DNA from: Candidatus Thorarchaeota archaeon
GTDB lineage: Archaea; Asgardarchaeota; Thorarchaeia; Thorarchaeales; Thorarchaeaceae
Assembly (NCBI GenBank): GCA_016840855.1
Contig: JAEORO010000056.1
Location: forward strand, 74-64,073
DNA length: 64,000 bases
Direction: 5' to 3'
In this document: positions 28,290 to 37,477 of the stretch, piece after piece
Layout: every line of letters starts with the position of its first letter
Numbering within the stretch: position 1 is the stretch's first letter
Notes under the pieces: model-generated
What the model saw: only the letters and a program-made list of their open reading frames with translations
The model's database searches: none
What the model was told of the DNA's origin: nothing
Program-made: the position numbers and the translations under genes

Positions 28290-28832
28290 ATGATTTTAGA
28301 GGAAATCATGAAGCGACGTAGTGGTAGAGCATTTTCTGATAAACCAGTGTCTGATGAGATGATCAATTCCATTTTAGAAGCAGGCCGTTGGGCTCCATCC
28401 TGTTCGAATACCCAAGCATGGAATTTCATTGTCTTGAAAGACACTCAGTTGCTATCAAAGGCTCATGAAGCACTAAGTAGAGGGAATGCATACGCTAAAG
28501 CCGCACCAGTCATGATCATTGTTGCTGCAAAGGAAGATGGGGGATGTTCGTCTCATGGACTCCCCTATTTCATGATGGACGTTGGTCTCACAGTTGAAAA
28601 TATGCTTCTCCAGACTGTTCATCTTGGGCTCTTGGGACATCCAACAGTAGGATGGAATGAAGAGATGCTCAAAGAGGTAACAGGAATCCCTATAGCGTAT
28701 CGCATCGTGACAGTTGTCTTCATTGGTTACGAAGGAGATCCTGAGATGCTTGATGAGCGATCCAGAGAGAAGGAGAAGGCTCCAAGGATAAGAAAAGACC
28801 TCTCAGAAATTGTACACTGGAATGGCTGGTAA
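28290..28832 (+). CDS. nitroreductase family protein
   Basis: IMKRRSGRAFSDKPV, APS.SNTQAW.F and a C-terminal R.R.D pattern are typical of NADH oxidase/nitroreductase folds. Confidence 0.8.
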   Translation: MILEEIMKRRSGRAFSDKPVSDEMINSILEAGRWAPSCSNTQAWNFIVLKDTQLLSKAHEALSRGNAYAKAAPVMIIVAAKEDGGCSSHGLPYFMMDVGLTVENMLLQTVHLGLLGHPTVGWNEEMLKEVTGIPIAYRIVTVVFIGYEGDPEMLDERSREKEKAPRIRKDLSEIVHWNGW

Positions 28833-28920
28833 CTTCACGGCACCGTTCAATCCATTACTGTTCATGAAAAAGAATTAATGCATACTCTTCCCTATTGATT
28901 CTTGCCGCGGAGATGAGTCT

Positions 28921-29301
28921 ATGCAATTTTGGGATGTAGCTATTATAGGAGCTCCCGGACTCCTAATAGGAATGGTCTTTGGATATTGGATTGGAGATAT
29001 GGATGACCTTAGCTTCAACTTTCGTATTGGTCTAGGGGTTATCGTCAGTTTCTTTGGTGGTATGATTACATCACTAATTTTCATTTATTCAATTTATGAC
29101 CTTATTTCAATAGACACGTATGAAGTGCTTTTCATAATTCTTTCATACTTTGGTGGTTATGCTTTAGGAGTCATTTCGAATTGGTCTCCCCTACCTGAGA
29201 AACCACCAAAAAGTCATGTTATTTTCGAACCTGATGATGACGAGTTTGACAAAGAGCTTGAAGAGGCAATGGGTGGAGACTTCAAAGCCAACAACAGTTA
29301 A
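28921..29301 (+). CDS. small membrane protein with an acidic tail, hypothetical
   Basis: Three to four TM helices, then a DDDEFDKELEE tail. Confidence 0.4.
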   Translation: MQFWDVAIIGAPGLLIGMVFGYWIGDMDDLSFNFRIGLGVIVSFFGGMITSLIFIYSIYDLISIDTYEVLFIILSYFGGYALGVISNWSPLPEKPPKSHVIFEPDDDEFDKELEEAMGGDFKANNS

Positions 29302-29354
29302 AGGCAAAGCTCCTATCGTTTCTTCTTACTTGAGCCTTGAAGAGGTAAGATAGA

Positions 29355-30593
29355 ATGCGAAAAATGCTGCCACATTTTCTCTTTATGTTCACAATTACCT
29401 GCCTATGGGTATCTACTGTGCTTATGCCTGTTCAAGCAGCACCCCCTGCTGGTTGGAGTGGCGATAACAATCTTGGCTTCTTACTAGAAGTGAACGGAAT
29501 AAATGCAGCTACTTCCGATGCTGCGAATCCAATCCCACTTGATGTATTTGATCCGATAACAATCAATGTAACTATACTCACAGAAACCAATCTAACAATT
29601 CAAGAAGCAAAATTCCAGATGTCCTACTTGTCCATACCTATCATAAATCCACCACCATTTGATATGAGTGGATTTGGCGAAATTCCTGATAGTACAACTG
29701 CAAATTTCTCTTTAGGACCAATATCACTTGCTCCACTTTTTACCTTTAGCAACATAACACTGATTTCAGGTACTGTTACAGGCTTGTTCTCATTTACATA
29801 CTCTAATTCAACCTCACCTGGTGTCAACACAACCATTAGCGAGGACTTCGTTCTTCGCATTGGACCAACCGGTTTTGGCGTGCTCTTCTCAGTCACTGGA
29901 CTTGTTACAGCTGGTTTTGCAGTGATGGCCATCTTTTCATTGATTATTTCTCTAGATGAGTTCCAACGAGGGATTCTTGCAGCCCGGAAAATGAAAGGCG
30001 CAAAAAGAGGATCAGATGTGGGTATATTCCCAGCAGCTGTTGTTCTTCGTAGAAAACCAAAGAAAGGCGGAGAATCGATTGACAAAGATGAACTTGTAAG
30101 ACGAGTCAGTCAAGCTGCAAGTAGTGCTTGGGATGGAAAGCGTTGTCCGCAATGCGGAAAGAAATGGAGGAAAGATGCTCCAACATGCGAAAAATGTGGA
30201 ATTGACACAAATGCAGCAATACAACACTTCTCCCATGATATTGCAGAATATGCACCTAAAGCTCTACGAGTTATCCAACCAAAATCAAAAGTAACTGTTG
30301 GACAACTTGGGAAGAAGCTCAGACTAAAACCAGACAAAGCTGGTGCTCTTGCCGCAGCGCTAGTTGATATGGGAGCTTTACAGACAAAAACGGTTAAAGT
30401 CCCGCTGAAGAAGGTCGCATTTGCAGGCATGAGCATAGCTGGTATCTACTGGTCAATCATGCAGATGTTCTACGGTGCAACTCCTGATTGGGTTACTGTG
30501 CTTCTCACAACAACTGCAGGTCTTGTAGTATCAGTCTTCATAGGCTATCTCATGAACTTTCTAGCCAGAATCAATCCTTTGGGATATGACTAG
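29355..30593 (+). CDS. secreted/membrane protein with sequon-rich ectodomain, cytoplasmic zinc ribbon and C-terminal TM pair
   Basis: Signal-like N-terminus. Multiple N-x-S/T sequons (NVT, NLT, NFS, NIT, NST, NTT). A TM helix, then CPQCGKKW...CEKCG, then two more TM helices. Confidence 0.5.
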   Translation: MRKMLPHFLFMFTITCLWVSTVLMPVQAAPPAGWSGDNNLGFLLEVNGINAATSDAANPIPLDVFDPITINVTILTETNLTIQEAKFQMSYLSIPIINPPPFDMSGFGEIPDSTTANFSLGPISLAPLFTFSNITLISGTVTGLFSFTYSNSTSPGVNTTISEDFVLRIGPTGFGVLFSVTGLVTAGFAVMAIFSLIISLDEFQRGILAARKMKGAKRGSDVGIFPAAVVLRRKPKKGGESIDKDELVRRVSQAASSAWDGKRCPQCGKKWRKDAPTCEKCGIDTNAAIQHFSHDIAEYAPKALRVIQPKSKVTVGQLGKKLRLKPDKAGALAAALVDMGALQTKTVKVPLKKVAFAGMSIAGIYWSIMQMFYGATPDWVTVLLTTTAGLVVSVFIGYLMNFLARINPLGYD

Positions 30594-30719
30594 GTACCAG
30601 AATGGAGCGGGTCATTCCCGTTCCATTCCAGTTTCTTTTATGTCTTAGTTAAAACATATAACATTATTATCAATCATCATTGGGAAAGAATGCTATTCAA
30701 AGCCGGGATTGTGTAACAA

Positions 30720-31460
30720 ATGTCTAGTGGTGTATTTGATAGTCACAAATCGGAATGGGAAAATGATGAAGTTCGAGTGTTAATCCCTTTCAGTGCAGCA
30801 GGAGTTAGTACTACAATATTGCTTACTTCAAAGTTCACAGGCAAGATGATGCTACTTGATGTTGGAGACGGCATTCTCAGAGATTTGTTAGCTACTGGCA
30901 CCACTGATTTTGTCCATGATATTGATCCAATAGCAATCTCGCATGGCCATTTTGACCACATGGGTGGTCTTCACTCACTCTTTGGATTCATGCGTATGAT
31001 GGGACGAAAAAATCCTCTCAACATACTGATTCCCACTGGCTGTGAAGAGGTTATTACTTTAATCAAAGGCTATCGAAACCTCTATAGTAAGACCTTGCCG
31101 TACAAGATTTGGTATCATGAGATTGCTCAGGGCTCGGGTTTTGACACTGATTTCTTCAAGTTAAAGTCCTTCGAAGTTGAACACTTCTCGCTTGAGTTTG
31201 ATTCAGGTTCTGGAAACTTGGAACCCTCCTTGGGATTCCGAGTGCAAGTTGGTGAAACTATTATTGGTTACACTGGCGATACACGTCTATGCTCTGGCGT
31301 CGAGGCAGTCGTACGCGATGCTGACTTGGCAATTATAGAAGCAACGCAAAAGGTAGCCCCGGAATCAGGTCATCGTGTTCATCTCTCACTGGAAGAAGCT
31401 GAAGATCTTGGACAACTGGCAAAGGAATTTATTCTAATCCATAAGATACCGCAGATTTAG
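30720..31460 (+). CDS. MBL-fold metallo-hydrolase
   Basis: ISHGHFDHMGG (HxHxDH motif). Confidence 0.7.
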   Translation: MSSGVFDSHKSEWENDEVRVLIPFSAAGVSTTILLTSKFTGKMMLLDVGDGILRDLLATGTTDFVHDIDPIAISHGHFDHMGGLHSLFGFMRMMGRKNPLNILIPTGCEEVITLIKGYRNLYSKTLPYKIWYHEIAQGSGFDTDFFKLKSFEVEHFSLEFDSGSGNLEPSLGFRVQVGETIIGYTGDTRLCSGVEAVVRDADLAIIEATQKVAPESGHRVHLSLEEAEDLGQLAKEFILIHKIPQI

Positions 31461-31506
31461 AGCATTTACTATCTTATAATTCTACAATCACTATCGAAAG
31501 AATGGC

Positions 31507-32553
31507 CTAGAAGAAAGGTGTTATGACTGCGAATATTATGACTCCAAAGATTGCAGATATTGGGACTGTAATCACCCACGATATCAAGATTTCCTTTACT
31601 TGATTCGTCTGAACTGGGGTCTGAGCAACCCAACCTACCGCAATCAAAGCGGCTACCAATACATGAGTGCCACTTAGTGGGAACCCCATATATGTTCCGA
31701 CAAGCATCACTAGAGCAACTGATACGGAAGCAGCCAGCGCTGATGTGGGTGTCAAGGTTACTACTTCAGTAGCAAGCACCTTGATGACCCTTCGACCCAC
31801 AACAATCAGACCAACAGCCATACCTAACCCTCCAACAAATAATGGGATGAGAATCCCAGGGAGAAGAAAAGGACCAAAACTAATTGCTGTTTCAAAATCA
31901 GGAAGTGAAACCAGAGGAGCAACTGCGTTAGCAACATCATTCCCTCCTCTGCTCAAACTTGTTATAATTAGGAAAAGCGCTAGTCCGTATGAGGCAATCT
32001 GTTCTTGTCTTTCACGTCCAGCTAGACCAGTCACTCGAGCTTGGAACTTTCTGACCACCCAGAATACACCTCCTGCAATTAAAAATCCTAACAAAGGAGA
32101 CACAATCCAACCAACAAAAATCTCAATTACAACTGGCCACGATACTACTTCAACTCCCCATCCTGGTTCTCCAAGAAATGGGGCTGAAATAGCAACGCCG
32201 ATTACAGATCCTACGATACATTGAGTTGTACTAATTGGAAGTCCTTTGGAAATGGATGCTATCAATAACCAAATCGTCATAGCAACAAGAACTGCGAAGA
32301 CCATTGCAGGAGTCATACTCTGTTGTGACACTAAGTCTGAACCCACTTTCTCTGATACACCACCGCCAAGTGTCATTGCTCCTATAACACTCAATAAGCC
32401 TCCTAGTAAAACTGCCACGTTCAAAGAAAAGATTCTAGCTCCCACTGCAGGACTCATTGCTTCGTCATTGCCACCAATAGCAAATGCAACGACGAAACCA
32501 AGGACGAGTACAGCAAGTAATAGTAAAGGATCCAATGAACAAGGTCCTCCCAT
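31507..32553 (-). CDS. inorganic phosphate transporter, PiT/PHO4 family
   Basis: GGNDEAMSP and GGNDVANAV paired signatures in a polytopic protein. Confidence 0.85.
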   Translation of the reverse strand: MGGPCSLDPLLLLAVLVLGFVVAFAIGGNDEAMSPAVGARIFSLNVAVLLGGLLSVIGAMTLGGGVSEKVGSDLVSQQSMTPAMVFAVLVAMTIWLLIASISKGLPISTTQCIVGSVIGVAISAPFLGEPGWGVEVVSWPVVIEIFVGWIVSPLLGFLIAGGVFWVVRKFQARVTGLAGRERQEQIASYGLALFLIITSLSRGGNDVANAVAPLVSLPDFETAISFGPFLLPGILIPLFVGGLGMAVGLIVVGRRVIKVLATEVVTLTPTSALAASVSVALVMLVGTYMGFPLSGTHVLVAALIAVGWVAQTPVQTNQVKEILISWVITVPISAIFGVIIFAVITPFF

Positions 32554-33227
32554 CAGGAGGATTTCACAGCGAGCTCACGAAGGAAGTCTCCTGTATCCTC
32601 TGCTTGGACAGCTACTTTGACTATCCAATGCACAGCTTCAATAAATAGATGAACTTCAGAAACTGGACGTTTAGAGCCTGTGTATAAATCCTCAAGTATC
32701 TTGAATTGGAGGTCCCTAGCTTCTTCTCTTACTTTGTCTAGTTTTCTTGTATACTCAACACACTTCTCAAAATCACTGTACAGATATTTGACAGCATCTT
32801 GGAGTAGGTCAGTGCAAGTCCATGTCAGTTTTCCTAATTTTCTAAAATCCTCAGGTGGTTTCATCTTCCTTCCTAACCACATGATACGTACTGCATGTTC
32901 ACTTGTATCAACAACACTATCCATTAATCTAACAAGTTTGTGACGTTCTTGTGTATGCTGGGGAAGGTATGCATGCTTTGCCAAGACATTTTCTATCAAT
33001 TCTTCTTTTCGTGCATCCGTTTCCCGTTCTAATTGGATAATCTCATCCTTGATCTCTTCTAGAACTTCGATGTTCCCTTCAACCCACATCTTAGTTCCAA
33101 CACACAATTTTGCACTAGCTGATTGGAGTCCCTTACTAATCTCAAGAAGCAGTTCATCTGCTCGTTCCTGTAATTTCTTGTCGCCTGAACCGAAGAATTT
33201 GGTAAATGTACCCATGTCTTTCACCAT
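32553..33227 (-). CDS. DUF47/PhoU-like phosphate-transport regulator
   Basis: All-helical ~220 aa protein whose stop overlaps the PiT start. This is the usual PiT partner arrangement. Confidence 0.7.
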   Translation of the reverse strand: MVKDMGTFTKFFGSGDKKLQERADELLLEISKGLQSASAKLCVGTKMWVEGNIEVLEEIKDEIIQLERETDARKEELIENVLAKHAYLPQHTQERHKLVRLMDSVVDTSEHAVRIMWLGRKMKPPEDFRKLGKLTWTCTDLLQDAVKYLYSDFEKCVEYTRKLDKVREEARDLQFKILEDLYTGSKRPVSEVHLFIEAVHWIVKVAVQAEDTGDFLRELAVKSS

Positions 33228-33320
33228 ATGGTATTCTAACTTATACTAGCTCACCACTATTCAATTAGCCATGAAGGTTATTTTTTTGATGGTTAAACCC
33301 ACATAAGAACCCTCGGCAAT

Positions 33321-35096
33321 CTAGTCTTCTATTACAGCTCGTATCCGCATAAGCCCTGCGCCAATGCTCTTCTGCTGGGTTATTCTGAACTTCTTCAGAA
33401 CACCGGTTTTTTCAACATGAGGCCCTCCACAAAGTTCCATGCTAAAATCACCAACAGAGTAAACAGAAACGGTTTCACCGTAGTTTTCCTTGAAGAAAGC
33501 AAGAGCGCCTCTTTTAATTGCTTCATCATATGGCAAGAATTGTTGTGTGACGTCTAGGTCTTGGTCGATGATATCATTAACCAGTTTTTCAACCTCCTCA
33601 ATCTCTTCTGGAGTCAGTTTCCTTGAGAATGTGAAATCAAATCTTAATCGGTCTTCAGTTATATTGCTCCCATTTTGGGTCACTTCATCACCAAGAACTT
33701 TTCTCAGAGCGGCCTGTAGTAAGTGAGTTGCTGTATGCAGCCTTACGATTCGCTCAGTATGTTCAGCTAGACCACCTTTGAACTTACCCTGCGTCGCAGT
33801 TCTTGATATCTCTCGATGTTCCTCAAACTGCTTTGTGAACTCTTCCATATTGATTTTGATTCCTTTCTCTTCCGCAAGCTCTCTCGTCATCTCTAATGGC
33901 AATCCAAAACTTGTGAAGAGGAGGAAAGCATCTTTACCAGTGATGCTTCCTGTTTCCTCGTAGATTCTCTCAAATTTCCGAAGGGCTTTTTTTAGAGTCT
34001 TTCTAAATTTGACCTCTTCCGCAGTAAGATTGGTCAAGACGAATTCCTTGTTTCGCTCCACCTCACCATAGATGTTCTTGAACATATCAATGACAATCTC
34101 TGCAAGACTATTCATGAAACCTTGACCTATATCGAGTCTGTCTGCACTATGAATCGCCTTTCTGAGTAGACGTCTTACAATATATCCCTGTTCAACGTTT
34201 GAAGGTCCGATTTTTCTGTCATCTGCCATAATCATGACTGCTGACCTAACATGATCGACGATTATCCGAATGAGCCGATTGTCTTCCTCAGTGAACACCT
34301 CTCTGCTTGATAGTTCCTTGATATGTTCAATTAGAGGAATGAAAAACTCAGTATCGAACACTGTCGGGACTCTCTGAATCATAGCAAGAGTTCTCTCGAC
34401 ACCCATTCCAGTATCAATACTATTCATTTTCAGAGGTTCGTAAGATCCATCATCGAGTTTTCGCTAGCTCATGAAAACGTCATTCCATACTTCAACAAAG
34501 TGACCACAGTTACATCCCGGTCGACAATCTGGACCACACTTAGCTATCTCGTCCACTTCAATAAACATCTCTGTGCAAGGACCACACGGACCAGCGTTCC
34601 CTGCAATCCACCAGTTTTCCTCCTTACTTAGGAAGTAAATTCTCTCGTCTGGTATTCCGACGCTGCGCCAAGCGCTTGCGGCTTCGTCATCTCTTGGAGA
34701 GTCCCGATCGCCTGCGAAGACAGTAACTGACAACTTGTTTGGGTTGAAACCAAGCCATTTCTTTGATGTCAGAAACTCATAGCTCCATGTGATTGCTTCT
34801 TTCTTCCAATAGTCTCCAAAACTCCAATTACCTAGCATCTCAAAGAATGTGAGATGTGTGGTGTCGCCAACTTCATCGATGTCAGTTGTACGAACACATT
34901 TCTGAACATTAGTCAAGCGTTTTCCTTCAGGATGCGGTTGACCCAATAGATATGGGACTAACGGATGCATTCCTGCTGATGTGAACAGAACAGTAGGATC
35001 ATCCTCTGGAAATAGTGATGCAGATGCAATCACTGAGTGCCCTCTCTCTTTGAAAAATTTCAGGTAAATATCTCTCAGTTCTTGAGCTTGCATCAT
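33321..35096 (-). pseudogene. alaS: bacterial-type alanyl-tRNA synthetase interrupted by one in-frame TAG (34464..34466); alternatively a split or read-through gene
   Basis: ORFs 34464..35096 and 33321..34427 are in the same frame. The joined sequence reads ...EVWNDVFMS[TAG]RKLDDGSYEPLKMNSIDTGMGVERT..., continuous with conserved AlaRS sequence. The editing-domain motifs HTATHLL and CGGPHV are present. Confidence 0.6.
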
Positions 35097-35331
35097 ACAT
35101 CACCTTATCGCATTCATAAGATTGTATTATGAGCCAAATCATGATTGATTTTAATCGTTTCGAAGAATACCATGGTCTAATCGATAATGATGAATCTCAA
35201 ACCCGAACTGCTTGCTTCGGTTTTCTACTTTTAACTACCTAGATTTATAGATTTCACACCCCACGAGTTCACGTAATATAATATGCAATCCAGATAGGCC
35301 ATGCATGAACGTGTTACGAGGTTCTTAAAAA

Positions 35332-36645
35332 TTGAACAATTTTGTCAAAAAAAAGCATGTCCAGTATATTACTTTAGTATTCATGTTAGTATTATTTCTT
35401 ATGACGCCGAACAATCTTGTTTCTGCTCAGGATGAGTCGGTTTTCGTATCTGAAGCAGTCGAAAATCAGTTGGAGCAGTTCATACAGGATGGAGAGATTC
35501 CATCAATGCAGGATGCTATCATTGAGAACAATGAGATCAAGTACGTGAAAGGGTTTGGAGACCAAACAGATCTTGACACTGTGTTCATGATTGGTTCCAT
35601 GCAGAAGATATTCACAGCTTGCTGTATCATGCAACTCGTCGAAGATGGAAAGATTGCATTGGATGATGATGTAGATAATTACCTACCATACAATATTACT
35701 CATCCTGATTATCCAGATATCCCTATCACACTGAGGATGCTCCTCACCCATCGTTCGGGTCTAGATAGGGAGATTTACTATCTCTTCTGTTGGGACACAC
35801 AGGGTCTTTTATACCCGGAATACAAATCAATCTATAATTCAGAAATCATAGAAATGACAATTGGAGAGTTCATGGAGAATACCTTTTCTCCTGGTGGTAT
35901 TGGATACAGAAGTGACATTTGGCAATTCAAACCTGGAACCGAATTTGGTTATTCTGGAGTTGGGTATTCTGTATTGAAACACCTTATTGAAGTCCTATCA
36001 GGTACAACCTATCCGGATTATGTTCAAGAGAACATTCTCACACCAATGGGGATGACCAACACGGGCTTTACAGCATCTGAATTCAATCATCATTCGATTC
36101 CATACATTCGTTATCAATCTACTAACCATGAATTTGTTCCATGGGATGGCAATCTCGTTTTGCGTTCTACTGCGACTGATATGGCTAAGATGCTCCTAAT
36201 GCATATCAATAGAGGGACATATAATGGAGTTCAGATTCTTGAGCCCGACACCGTTGATCAGATGCAAGAGATTGGGTCTCCTCTTGGATATCATGCTTAT
36301 GGACTTGAGGATCTAGGATATGGTTTTGGTCTACATTGCTATGAAGGCGGACTGTTTGGACATTCTGGTTCTAGTGTTGGGGGAATTGGCGTTGTATTCT
36401 ATAATCCTGCTACCCAGAGAGGAATTGTTCACCTTCAGAATCTCAATCACGTTGGATCTTATAACATGACTGATGTCGATTTTGTCAATGAATATTATTA
36501 CGCCATAACGAATTACTTGTTGAGCACAACATCGCTGAGACCTATTCTAACTGAGCGGACTGTACTAATCGCTTCCATTATTTGTGGTGTTGCGATTATT
36601 ATCACAGCTCAGATATACAATCGCAGGAAGTCCATTTCAGTATAA
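35332..36645 (+). CDS. beta-lactamase-family serine hydrolase (secreted, C-terminal TM anchor)
   Basis: N-terminal signal/anchor, SMQK (SxxK) motif, LLTHRSGL, HSGS..G and a C-terminal hydrophobic helix. Confidence 0.75.
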   Translation: MNNFVKKKHVQYITLVFMLVLFLMTPNNLVSAQDESVFVSEAVENQLEQFIQDGEIPSMQDAIIENNEIKYVKGFGDQTDLDTVFMIGSMQKIFTACCIMQLVEDGKIALDDDVDNYLPYNITHPDYPDIPITLRMLLTHRSGLDREIYYLFCWDTQGLLYPEYKSIYNSEIIEMTIGEFMENTFSPGGIGYRSDIWQFKPGTEFGYSGVGYSVLKHLIEVLSGTTYPDYVQENILTPMGMTNTGFTASEFNHHSIPYIRYQSTNHEFVPWDGNLVLRSTATDMAKMLLMHINRGTYNGVQILEPDTVDQMQEIGSPLGYHAYGLEDLGYGFGLHCYEGGLFGHSGSSVGGIGVVFYNPATQRGIVHLQNLNHVGSYNMTDVDFVNEYYYAITNYLLSTTSLRPILTERTVLIASIICGVAIIITAQIYNRRKSISV

Positions 36646-36666
36646 CATTTTTAATTCTAGATGGAA

Positions 36667-36693
36667 TCAGACACAGCCTTATGTTGTGTCTGA
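36667..36693. terminator. 9-bp stem hairpin between convergent genes
   Basis: TCAGACACA-gccttatgt-TGTGTCTGA. Confidence 0.4.
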
Positions 36694-36750
36694 CTCTTCC
36701 TCAAATCCATGAGGGATAATTACTAATTATCAGAGCCTAGGTACTTATAC

Positions 36751-37269
36751 TTACGAATCTAACAAAATTAGTCCAGACGGTGTCATTCGATATCTTCTGA
36801 GTCGATTTGAAATCCACGGATACTTGTCTATCCAATCTAGAAATCTGTCATTTGATACAATTTCTGCATTGAATCTTTTTGCTAATTGGACTATCTTCAA
36901 ATCATCATTAGTTCCTGGAGATGCTTTGACAACCTCCGCACTTGTCATAAATGAATCAAGCAGACTTGGATTATTGATATTGTGGATTAATGCTGCTGAC
37001 ACAACAAATACAGGTTCAAATCCTGCATTTCTAAGACTGTGGTAAGCTAAAGCAAGATTTTGCACCCGTGGTTCTCCCTTTGGTGATAGATGATATGCAA
37101 TATTGTTTCCATCAACCACAACTCTCCGATTCCGTGAGCGCGCTGCTGATATATTATTGGTCTGGTATTGAGCCCTACATTTCGTGACATGCGCATCCAG
37201 AGTATCCCGACTGAATAGTCTGTCGCAGTGGGGACATCTGACTCGTTTTGGCAATGTTTGTTTCCTCAA
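36751..37269 (-). CDS. Zc3h12a-like NYN-domain ribonuclease with an N-terminal zinc knuckle
   Basis: CPHCDRLFSRDTLDAHVTKC, then RRVVVDGNNIAYH...VFVVSA...IVSNDRFLDW, which matches the Zc3h12a/NYN RNase pattern by eye. Confidence 0.6.
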   Translation of the reverse strand: MRKQTLPKRVRCPHCDRLFSRDTLDAHVTKCRAQYQTNNISAARSRNRRVVVDGNNIAYHLSPKGEPRVQNLALAYHSLRNAGFEPVFVVSAALIHNINNPSLLDSFMTSAEVVKASPGTNDDLKIVQLAKRFNAEIVSNDRFLDWIDKYPWISNRLRRYRMTPSGLILLDS

Positions 37270-37385
37270 TAGATCCTGAATTACCAGTCCTGTCTATGCG
37301 GCCTCTATAAAGATGAGTATACACCCTTGATGGGTCGAATTGACAATAACTAAACCTATTTAATCAAATGATGTATAGATAGTTT

Positions 37386-37443
37386 GGCGTCCTGTTTCCG
37401 CGGTGTCGTCCTCCCGGCGGCCCGAATAACGGGGGCAGACGCC
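37386..37443. ncRNA. candidate small structured RNA or RNA element (class and strand unknown)
   Basis: A 58-nt island, 42/58 G+C, in an AT-rich spacer. Closing helix GGCGTC...GACGCC, with internal hairpin CCCG-aataa-CGGG and CCGCGG-type pairings. The TATA-like TATTTAAT lies ~26 nt upstream on the + strand. Confidence 0.3.
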
Positions 37444-37477
37444 ACCTCTGTATTGAGCACCCTCATTCAAGTTACGT

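Noticed and set aside
34464-34466. Genome-wide TAG reassignment (e.g. a stop-to-sense code) as the explanation for the in-frame TAG in alaS
   Set aside because: TAG clearly terminates many well-supported genes here at their expected C-termini. Examples are 599..1435, 1928..2497, 4239..5546, 6955..8418 and the 28095..28259 micro-ORF. Site-specific recoding cannot be excluded, but a global reassignment is not supported.
35187-35193. ATGATGA resembling a C box of a C/D-box sRNA in the alaS upstream spacer
   Set aside because: No CTGA D box or C'/D' pair was found at a suitable distance, and no terminal stem.
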